A stretch of DNA of 24,245 nucleotides from Rhodospirillales bacterium (GCA_015654915.1 JAATFY010000182.1:1-24245), one strand, 5' to 3'. Numbered from the stretch's first letter, positions 9,404 to 17,424 are shown. A program made the numbers and translations. Notes: generated by a model not told the origin, from the letters alone.

Positions 9404-9692
9404 CTTCCCCGGTGACCAAGAAGTCAACCAGAAGGGTTTCACCCTCTGGTGATCGGGGAGTTGATAAACCTGCTGTAACAGAGGTCGCGTAAGCCTTTGG
9501 CCTTTCGGCTTGGACATACACTTACGCCTCCCCGACCATAGTCGAGGAGTGCGAAACGGTCACACAAACCGGTTACAGCAGGGGTTATCACGCCCCGAAG
9601 ACAGGAAAGTCCTGCCTCTGCCACACAGGATGCTGGCAAAGGAACGGAAGGTCAACGGAGAAAATAGTGAGGGTTTTCTCGTCTGATAGTCC
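9404..9692. ncRNA. Candidate large structured noncoding RNA or leader, family unidentified
   Basis: Many nested helices, including an 11-bp perfect stem 9469-9479/9572-9582 extended by tgataa/ttatca and cgggg/ccccg, plus at least five further hairpins; no credible ORF. Confidence 0.5.
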
Positions 9693-9716
9693 GCCTTCGC
9701 CAAGGCTTCGGCGGAC
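9689..9716. repeat. Palindromic repeat gtccgccttcgccaaggcttcggcggac
   Basis: 7-bp stem gtccgcc/ggcggac; core related to the copies at 19740-19767 and 19818-19845. Confidence 0.65.
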
Positions 9717-9756
9717 ATAAGATTTGCTAATTCGCTGCGCTCATAAGCAAACCTAA

Positions 9757-9880
9757 TGGAGCGGGTGAAGGGCTTGCCGCGAAGGCGGCAAGTTAAGGTG
9801 CGGTTGTGCGTGGAGCGGGTGAAGGGCTTGCCGCGAAGGCGGCAAGTTAAGGTGCGGTTGTGCGTGGAGCGGGTGAAGGG
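9757..9880. repeat. 54-bp tandem repeat copying the tRNA-Gly 3' end
   Basis: Unit tggagcgggtgaagggcttgccgcgaaggcggcaagttaaggtgcggttgtgcg occurs identically at 9757 and 9811; its first 16 nt recur at 9865 as the tRNA 3' end. Confidence 0.95.
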
Positions 9881-9938
9881 AATCGAACCCTCGTCGTAAG
9901 CTTGGGAAGCTTCTGCTCTACCATTGAGCTACACCCGC
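9865..9938 (-). tRNA. tRNA-Gly (CCC)
   Basis: Reverse complement gcgggtgtagctcaatggtagagcagaagcttcccaagcttacgacgagggttcgattcccttcacccgctcca: cloverleaf, TTCGA T-loop, encoded CCA. Confidence 0.97.
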
Positions 9939-9944
9939 TTATAG

Positions 9945-10027
9945 CTGCTAGTCCTTAGTTGCCAGCGGTTAGCTGATCAATAATTTAAATCGCTAACAAC
10001 TAACCGCTAACAACTAGCAACTAACCC
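9945..10027. repeat. Inverted arrays of heptamer repeats
   Basis: Left: ctgctag tccttag ttgccag cggttag. Right: ctaacaa ctaaccg ctaacaa ctagcaa ctaaccc. AT-rich spacer between them. Confidence 0.7.
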
Positions 10028-10068
10028 CTCTTTCGGCTAGACTGTTCCCGTTTCCCCAAGGAGGAACA

Positions 10069-10476
10069 GTGCAGAAACCCCTGAAATACATTGCTACGAC
10101 GCGCCAGATTCGCGTTACCGTCCGCCCGTCCTATCTCGACGACCAGTCCGCGCCGAACGACAATCATTTCGTCTGGGCCTACCACGTCACCATCGAAAAT
10201 CTGGGGCAGGAGACGGTGCAATTGCGCAGCCGCCACTGGCGCATCACCGACGCGCGCGGCGAATTGCACGAAGTGCGCGGCCCCGGCGTGATCGGCGAGC
10301 AACCTGTATTGGAGCCCGGCGACATGTTCGATTATACCAGCGGCACGCCGCTGGCCACGCCCTCCGGCATCATGACCGGTTCCTACCAGATGGAAAACGA
10401 ACGCGGCGAAACGTTCGATATCGAAATTCCCGGTTTCTCGCTCGACAGCCCCTATCAACTTATACGACTGCACTAA
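10069..10476 (+). CDS. apaG: ApaG protein
   Basis: [46 protein letters not shown]; GGAGG RBS before GTG. Confidence 0.95.
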   Translation: MQKPLKYIATTRQIRVTVRPSYLDDQSAPNDNHFVWAYHVTIENLGQETVQLRSRHWRITDARGELHEVRGPGVIGEQPVLEPGDMFDYTSGTPLATPSGIMTGSYQMENERGETFDIEIPGFSLDSPYQLIRLH

Positions 10477-10477
10477 A

Positions 10478-11362
10478 ATGATACGCGCCGTCACATATGC
10501 GGGGCTGGAGCCCGGCCCGAAATTCCTCGTTATCGGCGCCATTCACGGCAACGAAAAATGCGGCACCGTCGGCTGCAATCGCGTGATGGCGGAAATCGAC
10601 TCCGGCCAGCTGCAGATCACGCGCGGGCAGGTGACTTTCGTGCCGATCGGCAATCCGCGCGCCTACGATCAGGACAAGCGCTATACCGAGCGCAATCTCA
10701 ACCGCTATCTGGTGCCGATGGCGAAGCCGGATTGTTACGAAGCGCAACTCGGCAACATCCTGTGCCCTATGCTGGAAGCGTGCGACGTGCATCTGGCGAT
10801 CCATTCCTATACGGTCGGCGGCGAGCCGTTCATTTTCGTCTCGCCGACGGATGCCAAGGAACAAGCCTTCGCCGCCAGCCTCGGCCCGCATACGTTATTG
10901 ACCGGCTGGGAAGAAGCCTATGCCGCGACCGGCCGGAAGAAAGCCGCCAAGGAAAAGGACGAAGAATCGACGGGCTCCATCGAATACGCGCGCCGTTTCG
11001 GCGCCATGGCGGTGAATATCGAATGCGGCCAGCACAAGGACCCGAACGCGCCTGAGGTTGCCTACCGCGCCATCCGCAACGCGCTGCGTTACCTCGAAAT
11101 GACGCCGGAGCCGAAGCCGGAGCCCGCGCATCTGACCGCGCCGCGCCTTGTGACGGTGACACATGTATTTTATCGCGACGATATGGGCAAATTCCCGAAA
11201 TCATGGAAACATCTGGAGCCGGTCGGCAAGGGGCAGGCGATGGCGCACCGTGAAAGCGGCGAAACCGTCATGGCGCTTGATAGCGGCTACATCATCATGC
11301 CGAAGGAAGACTGTCCGGTCGGCGAGGAGTGGTTTTATTTCGGGGTGGAGAAGCAGGCGTAA
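10478..11362 (+). CDS. Succinylglutamate desuccinylase/aspartoacylase family (M14-like) zinc hydrolase
   Basis: AIHGNE zinc motif, RNLNR, IHS, catalytic IECGQH. Confidence 0.87.
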   Translation: MIRAVTYAGLEPGPKFLVIGAIHGNEKCGTVGCNRVMAEIDSGQLQITRGQVTFVPIGNPRAYDQDKRYTERNLNRYLVPMAKPDCYEAQLGNILCPMLEACDVHLAIHSYTVGGEPFIFVSPTDAKEQAFAASLGPHTLLTGWEEAYAATGRKKAAKEKDEESTGSIEYARRFGAMAVNIECGQHKDPNAPEVAYRAIRNALRYLEMTPEPKPEPAHLTAPRLVTVTHVFYRDDMGKFPKSWKHLEPVGKGQAMAHRESGETVMALDSGYIIMPKEDCPVGEEWFYFGVEKQA

Positions 11363-11369
11363 AAATAAG

Positions 11370-11513
11370 CGTCATCCCGGCGAAGGCCGGGATCCAGCCG
11401 GTCTTTCGATTATAACTGATCTCGACAAGGCGGCAAAAACCGGCCCCTGACGGCCTTGTCAAATACGATGCGGCGGATAGTTCAACTGGGCCCCGGCCTT
11501 CGCCGGGGCGACG
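11370..11513. repeat. CGTC-type REP dimer between convergent genes
   Basis: cgtcatcccggcgaaggccgggatccag (11370-11397) and an inverted copy ctgggccccggccttcgccggggcgacg (11486-11513). Confidence 0.85.
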
Positions 11514-11520
11514 TTGTTTT

Positions 11521-14370
11521 TTAATGCGCCGCCGCCCAGTTAAGGGCATGGCCGGCCTCGGCGATGATCGGCACTTTCAGTTTCACGGCGGGCAGCGGCG
11601 CGTCCTGCATCACCTGTTTCACCAGCTTCTCGGTCGCTTCCAGTTCTTTCTTCGGCACTTCGAACACCAGCTCGTCATGCACTTGCAAAAGTAACCGTGC
11701 GCCGAGCTTGGCCTCAAGCAAAGCCGGGCCCACGCGGATCATCGCGCGTTTCATGATGTCGGCGGCTGTTCCCTGCAGCGGCGCGTTGATGGCGGCGCGC
11801 TCGGCCCCCATGCGGCGGCCATGCATTTTATCGTTGATGCCATTGATGTAAACGCGCCGGCCGAACAGGGTTTCGACGTAGCCGTTCGTATGCGCGAACG
11901 CCTTGGTCGATTCCATCCAGTCGCGCAATTCATGAAAGCGGTCGAGATACTGACGGATAAATTCATTCGCCTCGCCCGCCGAAATGCCGATCTGTTTCGC
12001 AAGCCCGAAGCCGCTGATGCCGTAGATGATGCCGAAATTGATCGCTTTCGCCGCGCGGCGCTTGTCGGGTGTGATGTCTTTCAACGGCACGCCCAGCACC
12101 TGGCTGGCGGTAAGGGCGTGAATATCGACGCCGTCATGGAAGGCCTGAATAAGGGCCTTGATGTCGGCGACTTCGGCGGCGAGCCGCAATTCGATCTGCG
12201 AATAATCGACCGAGAGCAATTCATAGCCTTCGTCGGCGATGAAAGCCTGACGGATGGCGCGGCCGTCTTCGGTGCGGATGGGAATATTCTGCAAATTCGG
12301 GTCGGTGGATGATAAACGCCCCGTCGCCGCGCCCACGAGGGAAAACGACGTATGCACGCGGCCGGTTTTGGGATCGATCTGTTCCGGCAGCGCGTCGGTA
12401 TAGGTCGATTTCAACTTCGCCACGCCGCGCCAGTCGAGCACTTTGGCGACGATGGGATGGGCCTCGGCGAGATCCTCCAGCACGTCGACGGCGGTGGAAT
12501 AAGCGCCGGTCTTGCCCTTGCTGCCGCCGGGTAAATTCATTTCGCCGAACAACACGTCGCCAAGCTGCTTGGGCGATCCGACATTGAACGGATGGCCAGC
12601 CAGCTTGTGGATTTCCTCTTCCAGTTTCTGCAGGCGCTTGGCAAAGCCGCCGCTTTGCTTTTTCAGCACTTCCGGATCGATACGGATACCGGTGCGCTCC
12701 ATTTCGGCGACGACCGGAACCAGAGGCCGCTCGATGCGCTCATAAACGCGCGTCACATGCTGCTGCGCGATCTGCGGTTTCAGAAGGTGCCAGAGCCGCA
12801 GCGTGAAATCGGCGTCCTCGGCGGCATAGTTGGTGGCCTGTTCCAGCGGCACGCGGTCGAAGGTGATGCGGCTTTTGCCGCTGCCGGTGACATCGTTATA
12901 GGAAATCATCTTGTGCTTGAAATGCAGCTCGGCGAGTTCATCGAGTCCGTGGCCGTGAAGACCGGCGGCAAGAACATAGGACAGCAACATGGTGTCGTCA
13001 TAGGGTTCAATGACCAGACCATGTTGGCCCAGCACTTGCGAATCGTATTTCAGATTGTGCCCGATCTTCAGCACGGCCGGATCGGCCAGCAGCGCCTGCA
13101 AAGCTTCCACAATTACCGGAAGTTTTATCTGCTTCGGCGCTTTCGCGGCATCGAAGGAAAAACCGCCGTCCGATGGCGTGGCGTTCGGGTCGATATGATT
13201 GACCGGAATATAGCAAGCCTTGCCGGGCTCGATGGCGAGGGAAATGCCGACCAGTTTCGCGGTGCTTGCGGTAAGGGAATCGGTTTCGGTATCGATCGCC
13301 ATGTGCCCTTTGGCGCGCGCGGCTTCCACCCATCCTTTCAGCCGCGCGATGTCCTGTACCAGTTCGTAATCCTGCTTGGCGTGCGCGAGTTTATCGGCAT
13401 GCGGCGCGTCGCCGCTTTCCGGCACGGCGTCCAGCATTTTTTCGGCAAGCGGTGTGGGTGCCGTTTCCTGTGCAGGCGCTTCGGTACTGCCGATATTCAT
13501 GCGCGCCAGCAGCGAACGGAAACCTTGCTGCTGCAAGAATGCGCCAAGTTCGGTTTTGTGATCAAACCGCGCCTTAAGCTCGCCTACCGGCACCGGCAGC
13601 GGCGCGTTATCATCGAGAAGCACGAGCTTTTTCGAGATGCGTGCTTTTTCGGCGTTTTCCACCAAGGCCTCGCGGCGTTTCGGCTGCTTGATTTCGCCCG
13701 CGCGTTTTAAAAGCGTTTCGAGGTCGCCGTAGAGATTGATCAGTTCCGCCGCCGTTTTCACGCCGATGCCGGGGACGCCCGGCACATTGTCGGTGCTGTC
13801 GCCCGCCAGCGCCTGCACATCCACCACTTTATCTGGCGTGACGCCGAATTTATTCATCACCTCAAGGGCGCCGATGGGAACCGATTTCAGCGGGTCGAAC
13901 ATCTCGACGCCCGGGCGGATCAGCTGCATCAAATCCTTGTCGCTTGAGACAATTCGCACATTCTGTTTTTTGGCGACGGCGGCCTTGGCATAGGCGGCGA
14001 TCAGATCGTCGGCCTCGTAATTCGCCGCTTCGATAGCGGGAATGCCGAAGGCGCGCGTCGCGTCGCGGATCAGGGCGAATTGCGGAATAAGTTCCGGGGG
14101 AGGCGGCGGGCGGTGCGCCTTGTAATCGGGATAAATATCGTTGCGGAAGGTTTTGCGGGCGGCGTCGAAAATCACGGCGATATGCTCGGCCTTCAATTCG
14201 CCCATCAGCTTGTGCAACATGTTGCAGAAGCCTAGGACCGCTCCGATATGCGTGCCGTCGGCGCGCGTCAGGTCGGGCAGGGCGTGGAAGGCGCGGAAAA
14301 TGAATCCGGAACCGTCGATCAGGTAAAGCGTGTTGGGCGTCGTGCTGGCGGAACTCATGCAACTATCCAT
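11521..14370 (-). CDS. polA: DNA polymerase I
   Basis: 5' nuclease LIDGSG...EADD...GVPGIG, 3'-5' exonuclease IDTET, polymerase motifs DYSQIELR, KAINFGIIYG, QVHDEL. Start at 14370 or 14358. Confidence 0.98.
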   Translation of the reverse strand: MDSCMSSASTTPNTLYLIDGSGFIFRAFHALPDLTRADGTHIGAVLGFCNMLHKLMGELKAEHIAVIFDAARKTFRNDIYPDYKAHRPPPPPELIPQFALIRDATRAFGIPAIEAANYEADDLIAAYAKAAVAKKQNVRIVSSDKDLMQLIRPGVEMFDPLKSVPIGALEVMNKFGVTPDKVVDVQALAGDSTDNVPGVPGIGVKTAAELINLYGDLETLLKRAGEIKQPKRREALVENAEKARISKKLVLLDDNAPLPVPVGELKARFDHKTELGAFLQQQGFRSLLARMNIGSTEAPAQETAPTPLAEKMLDAVPESGDAPHADKLAHAKQDYELVQDIARLKGWVEAARAKGHMAIDTETDSLTASTAKLVGISLAIEPGKACYIPVNHIDPNATPSDGGFSFDAAKAPKQIKLPVIVEALQALLADPAVLKIGHNLKYDSQVLGQHGLVIEPYDDTMLLSYVLAAGLHGHGLDELAELHFKHKMISYNDVTGSGKSRITFDRVPLEQATNYAAEDADFTLRLWHLLKPQIAQQHVTRVYERIERPLVPVVAEMERTGIRIDPEVLKKQSGGFAKRLQKLEEEIHKLAGHPFNVGSPKQLGDVLFGEMNLPGGSKGKTGAYSTAVDVLEDLAEAHPIVAKVLDWRGVAKLKSTYTDALPEQIDPKTGRVHTSFSLVGAATGRLSSTDPNLQNIPIRTEDGRAIRQAFIADEGYELLSVDYSQIELRLAAEVADIKALIQAFHDGVDIHALTASQVLGVPLKDITPDKRRAAKAINFGIIYGISGFGLAKQIGISAGEANEFIRQYLDRFHELRDWMESTKAFAHTNGYVETLFGRRVYINGINDKMHGRRMGAERAAINAPLQGTAADIMKRAMIRVGPALLEAKLGARLLLQVHDELVFEVPKKELEATEKLVKQVMQDAPLPAVKLKVPIIAEAGHALNWAAAH

Positions 14371-14371
14371 T

Positions 14372-14530
14372 CGTCATTCCGGCCAAGTGGCGAAAGCAGT
14401 GAGCCACGCGAGCCGGCTTGCTGCGTAGGCAGCAAGCGAGTTGAAGTTAACTCAATGCTTCGCATCGAGCCCGTTTGGTTTGTTTTTGTACAGAACAGAA
14501 AACGGGATGCCCGCTTTCGCGGGCATGACG
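14372..14530. repeat. CGTC-type REP dimer immediately upstream of polA
   Basis: Begins cgtcattccggccaag...gcgagccgg and ends gggatgcccgctttcgcgggcatgacg. Confidence 0.75.
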
Positions 14531-14549
14531 GGGAAAGATAAGGCTGGCT

Positions 14550-14753
14550 CTAATGACCCGCACGGCGCGCGTCGGCATTCGCGGCCAGGACAAAATGCCG
14601 GTCGCAATAAGGACAGTCGACGAAGCCGTCCCTGTTCATGATCAGAAACACGCGCGGATGGCCGAGACTGCCGGGGGCCGCGGCCGTCGTCCCGTCGCAA
14701 TAAAGCTCGGTCGTATCGACAAGAATGGTTTCGGGCGGCATTGGTGCGGGCAT
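14550..14753 (-). CDS. Zinc-finger (zf-CHCC) small protein
   Basis: YCDG...LGHPRVFL...CPYCDRHF motif; ATG 14753 preferred as start. Confidence 0.9.
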   Translation of the reverse strand: MPAPMPPETILVDTTELYCDGTTAAAPGSLGHPRVFLIMNRDGFVDCPYCDRHFVLAANADARRAGH

Positions 14754-14819
14754 GCGGTTTTCTAGCACAGATTTTCGTCCTGCAATCCAGATTTTTGCGG
14801 CGGTGGAAAGCCCGTTAAA

Positions 14820-15218
14820 TCAGGCGACTCTGGCCGCGGCAAGGAATTTATCCGCTTTCGTTTTTACGCCGCCTTCATGCGGAAGATAGGGATACGCTGT
14901 CGTGACCGTATTCACGGCCAGCTCGCGGTTTTGGTCGGCGATGCGGGAAACGTGATAGACAAGAAAGGCCGCCATTCGCCACGCAAACATGTCGGTCAGA
15001 ACCCCGGTATTTACGGAGGGCGCCTGCAGGGTTTCCAGCATTTCGGCAGCGGCTTTTATGGTTTTTACCGGATCGTAGCGCATGGCTTCGCGCATGTTTC
15101 CCCACCACATTTCCGTATTGCGGCGCAATTCGAATTCACGTTTTGCGGCGGCGATATATTTTTCCGTGCGTTCCGCGGGACTGCCATATTGCAGAGGCGG
15201 TATAATTTTTTTAGACAT
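14820..15218 (-). CDS. Hypothetical protein (orphan, helical)
   Basis: 132-codon ORF from ATG 15218 filling the intergenic gap; no recognisable motif. Confidence 0.55.
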   Translation of the reverse strand: MSKKIIPPLQYGSPAERTEKYIAAAKREFELRRNTEMWWGNMREAMRYDPVKTIKAAAEMLETLQAPSVNTGVLTDMFAWRMAAFLVYHVSRIADQNRELAVNTVTTAYPYLPHEGGVKTKADKFLAAARVA

Positions 15219-15313
15219 TCTCTGTTCTTTCGCCGATAAATTAGCTAATCCGATTGCTATAATGACCGTTACGTTATAGAAAAGTTCCCTGTTTCTCAAG
15301 CCCCCTTACACCC

Positions 15314-16294
15314 ATGGCCGCCGCCCCCTCTTCCGCCGATTCCGCGCCTCTTCCGGCTTATGCCGTCGAGATCAAGGGCCTGACCAAGATTTATCGCGGC
15401 GGCAAGAACATGCCGCCCAAGGAAGCGCTGAAAGATATCAATCTCAATATTCCGCGCGGCAGCATATTCGGCCTGCTCGGCCCCAACGGCGCGGGCAAAT
15501 CGACGCTGATCAATATCCTCGCCAGCCTTGTCATCAAAACATCCGGCGAGGCGCGCATCTGGGGTTACGAAGTCGCCGACGAGCCGCGCCTTGCGCGTTC
15601 GGCCATCGGTGTGGTGCCGCAGGAACTCAATCTCGATGCCTTCTTCACGCCCTTTGAGCTGCTGGAATTGCAGGCGGGTTTGTACGGCGTGCCGAAGCGC
15701 GAGCGCATCACGGCGGAACTTCTGGCCGCCGTCGATCTGACCGACAAGGCCAAAGCCTACGCCCGCACATTATCCGGCGGCATGCGTCGCCGTCTGATGG
15801 TGGCGAAAGCGATGGTGCACAAACCGCCGGTGCTGGTGCTGGACGAACCGACCGCCGGCGTCGATGTCGAATTGCGCAAATCGCTATGGAGTTATGTGCG
15901 GCAGCTGAATGCCAACGGCACCACGGTGCTGCTGACCACGCATTATCTGGAAGAAGCGCAGGAACTGTGCGACCGCATCGCCATCATCAATCACGGCGCG
16001 CTGGTCGCGAACGACACCAAGCAAAATCTCCTGCGCCGCATCGACAACAAGCGCGTGACGATCACCATCGATCAGGACCTGACCGAAGTGCCGGTGAACA
16101 TGCGCGCGCACGGGTGGGAGCTGACGGGGCCGCGGCAACTGACGCTGGCTTACCAGCCCAGCAAGATCACCATCGGCCAGATGCTGATGGCGGTGCAGGT
16201 CAACGGTTTCGCGATCGCCGACCTTTCGACCGAGGAAACCGACCTCGAGGATATTTTCCTGCAATTGACGCGCAAGGCAGCGACGGCGGCGTGA
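15314..16294 (+). CDS. ABC-2 type transporter ATP-binding protein
   Basis: GPNGAGKST, LSGGMRRR, LDEPTAGVD, LTTHYLEEA; C-terminal DLEDIFL. Confidence 0.93.
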   Translation: MAAAPSSADSAPLPAYAVEIKGLTKIYRGGKNMPPKEALKDINLNIPRGSIFGLLGPNGAGKSTLINILASLVIKTSGEARIWGYEVADEPRLARSAIGVVPQELNLDAFFTPFELLELQAGLYGVPKRERITAELLAAVDLTDKAKAYARTLSGGMRRRLMVAKAMVHKPPVLVLDEPTAGVDVELRKSLWSYVRQLNANGTTVLLTTHYLEEAQELCDRIAIINHGALVANDTKQNLLRRIDNKRVTITIDQDLTEVPVNMRAHGWELTGPRQLTLAYQPSKITIGQMLMAVQVNGFAIADLSTEETDLEDIFLQLTRKAATAA

Positions 16295-16346
16295 AGATAA
16301 TGTCGGAAAATTAAGTCCGCTAGACTGACGTATTGGATTAAGAGCG

Positions 16347-16455
16347 CGTCATTCCAGGGCGCGCCGAAGGCGCGAATCTGGAATCCATGGACCAGTTTTG
16401 CCGTTAAAACGCTCCATGGATTCCGGATCGCCCTTTCAGGGCGTCCGGAATGACA
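16347..16455. repeat. CGTC-type REP dimer
   Basis: cgtcattccagggcgcgccgaaggcgcgaatctggaatccatg ... catggattccggatcgccctttcagggcgtccggaatgaca. Confidence 0.8.
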
Positions 16456-16545
16456 ATGTTGTTGTATATTAAAGTTGGCCATAAACGTGCGGCATGGCCG
16501 TTGGCTTTCGCGCCGATCCCTGTTATTTATCGCCTGTCCTGATAC

Positions 16546-16622
16546 GGACCCGTAGCTCAACTGGATAGAGTGCTGCCCTCCGAAGGCAGAGGTTGGTGGT
16601 TCGAATCCACTCGGGTCCGCCA
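16546..16622 (+). tRNA. tRNA-Arg (CCG)
   Basis: Acceptor stem ggacccg/cgggtcc, anticodon loop ctccgaa, GGTTCGAATCC, encoded CCA. Confidence 0.97.
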
Positions 16623-16658
16623 AAGATAAAGCCGCCCAAAGGCGGCTTTATCTTTGGC
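16619..16658. terminator. Long perfect hairpin after tRNA-Arg, probable bidirectional terminator
   Basis: gccaaagataaagccgcc-caaa-ggcggctttatctttggc, an 18-bp stem. Confidence 0.75.
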
Positions 16659-16714
16659 GAATTCGGGTACGCTGAAGGGCCAGCCGGTTCGATGACCGAG
16701 CGCGCATAAAATTA

Positions 16715-17227
16715 TCACAGCTCTTTTTGCATCAAGACAGTATCGACCCATTTATTGAATTTAAAACCGAATTTTTCCAGCACGCCGGACTGTTTAAAAC
16801 CCAAATTTTTATGAAACGCGATGGAAGCAAGGTTATCGGCGCCCGCAATGACCGCCAGCATCTGTTTATAATTCTTTTCCTTACATTGCTTTATCAAGTC
16901 GAAAAGCAAACTGTGCCCCACCCCTAAACCCTGATGATCCTTGGAAACATAGACTGATTCCTCTATCGTAAATCTATAGGCAGTCCTGGGGCGGTATTGA
17001 AAAGCATAAGCATATCCAACAATACGCCCGTCTATTTTCGCTACCAGATATGGCAACGACTTATCCGTGGAATCTTTCCAGCGTTTCAGCATCTCTTCAA
17101 ACGCGGGAGGACTCTCTTCGAGAGATACCGTAGTGTTGGCAACGTAATATGTATAAATATCCAAAATTTCCGGAAAATCACCGGCTTTAGCATCACTAAT
17201 AACAATGTTTTCTTTTTTGCTTCTCAT
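16715..17227 (-). CDS. GNAT N-acetyltransferase (phosphinothricin acetyltransferase/YncA-like)
   Basis: IYTYYVANTTVSLE, GYAYAFQYRPRTAYRFTIEESVYV, QGLGVG, NLASIAFHKNLGF, GFKFNKWVD; AT-richer than its neighbours. Confidence 0.9.
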   Translation of the reverse strand: MRSKKENIVISDAKAGDFPEILDIYTYYVANTTVSLEESPPAFEEMLKRWKDSTDKSLPYLVAKIDGRIVGYAYAFQYRPRTAYRFTIEESVYVSKDHQGLGVGHSLLFDLIKQCKEKNYKQMLAVIAGADNLASIAFHKNLGFKQSGVLEKFGFKFNKWVDTVLMQKEL

Positions 17228-17424
17228 AGTAAACCCTGCATGTGGTCGAACTTGAGGTCACTGCGGAATCGTAATAAATCGTGAAAGCGGAAGATACAGT
17301 AAATCTATTTTACGCGCTTTGGTAAAATTGCCCGTATCGACCAACGGCTCGCAACCGTTGCTCATGGCCCGCTCTTTTTACCCCCTTTTTCCTTCCGCCC
17401 ATACCTGCTATCGAACCTCCCTCC

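Noticed and set aside
9228-9639. ORFs 9228-9521, 9247-9492 and 9439-9639
   Set aside because: No RBS or motifs, they overlap the acyltransferase 5' end or each other, and the region is better explained by RNA structure; a leader peptide cannot be fully excluded.
9404-9692. Assignment to RNase P (ggaaagtcc), lysine riboswitch (agaggtcgc), cobalamin or c-di-GMP riboswitch, tmRNA, or HEARO/omega RNA
   Set aside because: Only isolated short motifs match. The other conserved elements, a tag ORF or an associated nuclease ORF are missing.
9404-9692. Intact group I intron
   Set aside because: No GACUA P7 strand on the plus strand, fragments out of order, and no identifiable interrupted host gene.
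9757-9880. CRISPR array interpretation of the tandem repeat
   Set aside because: The intervening sequences are identical rather than unique spacers, the repeat is the tRNA 3' end, and no cas genes are present.
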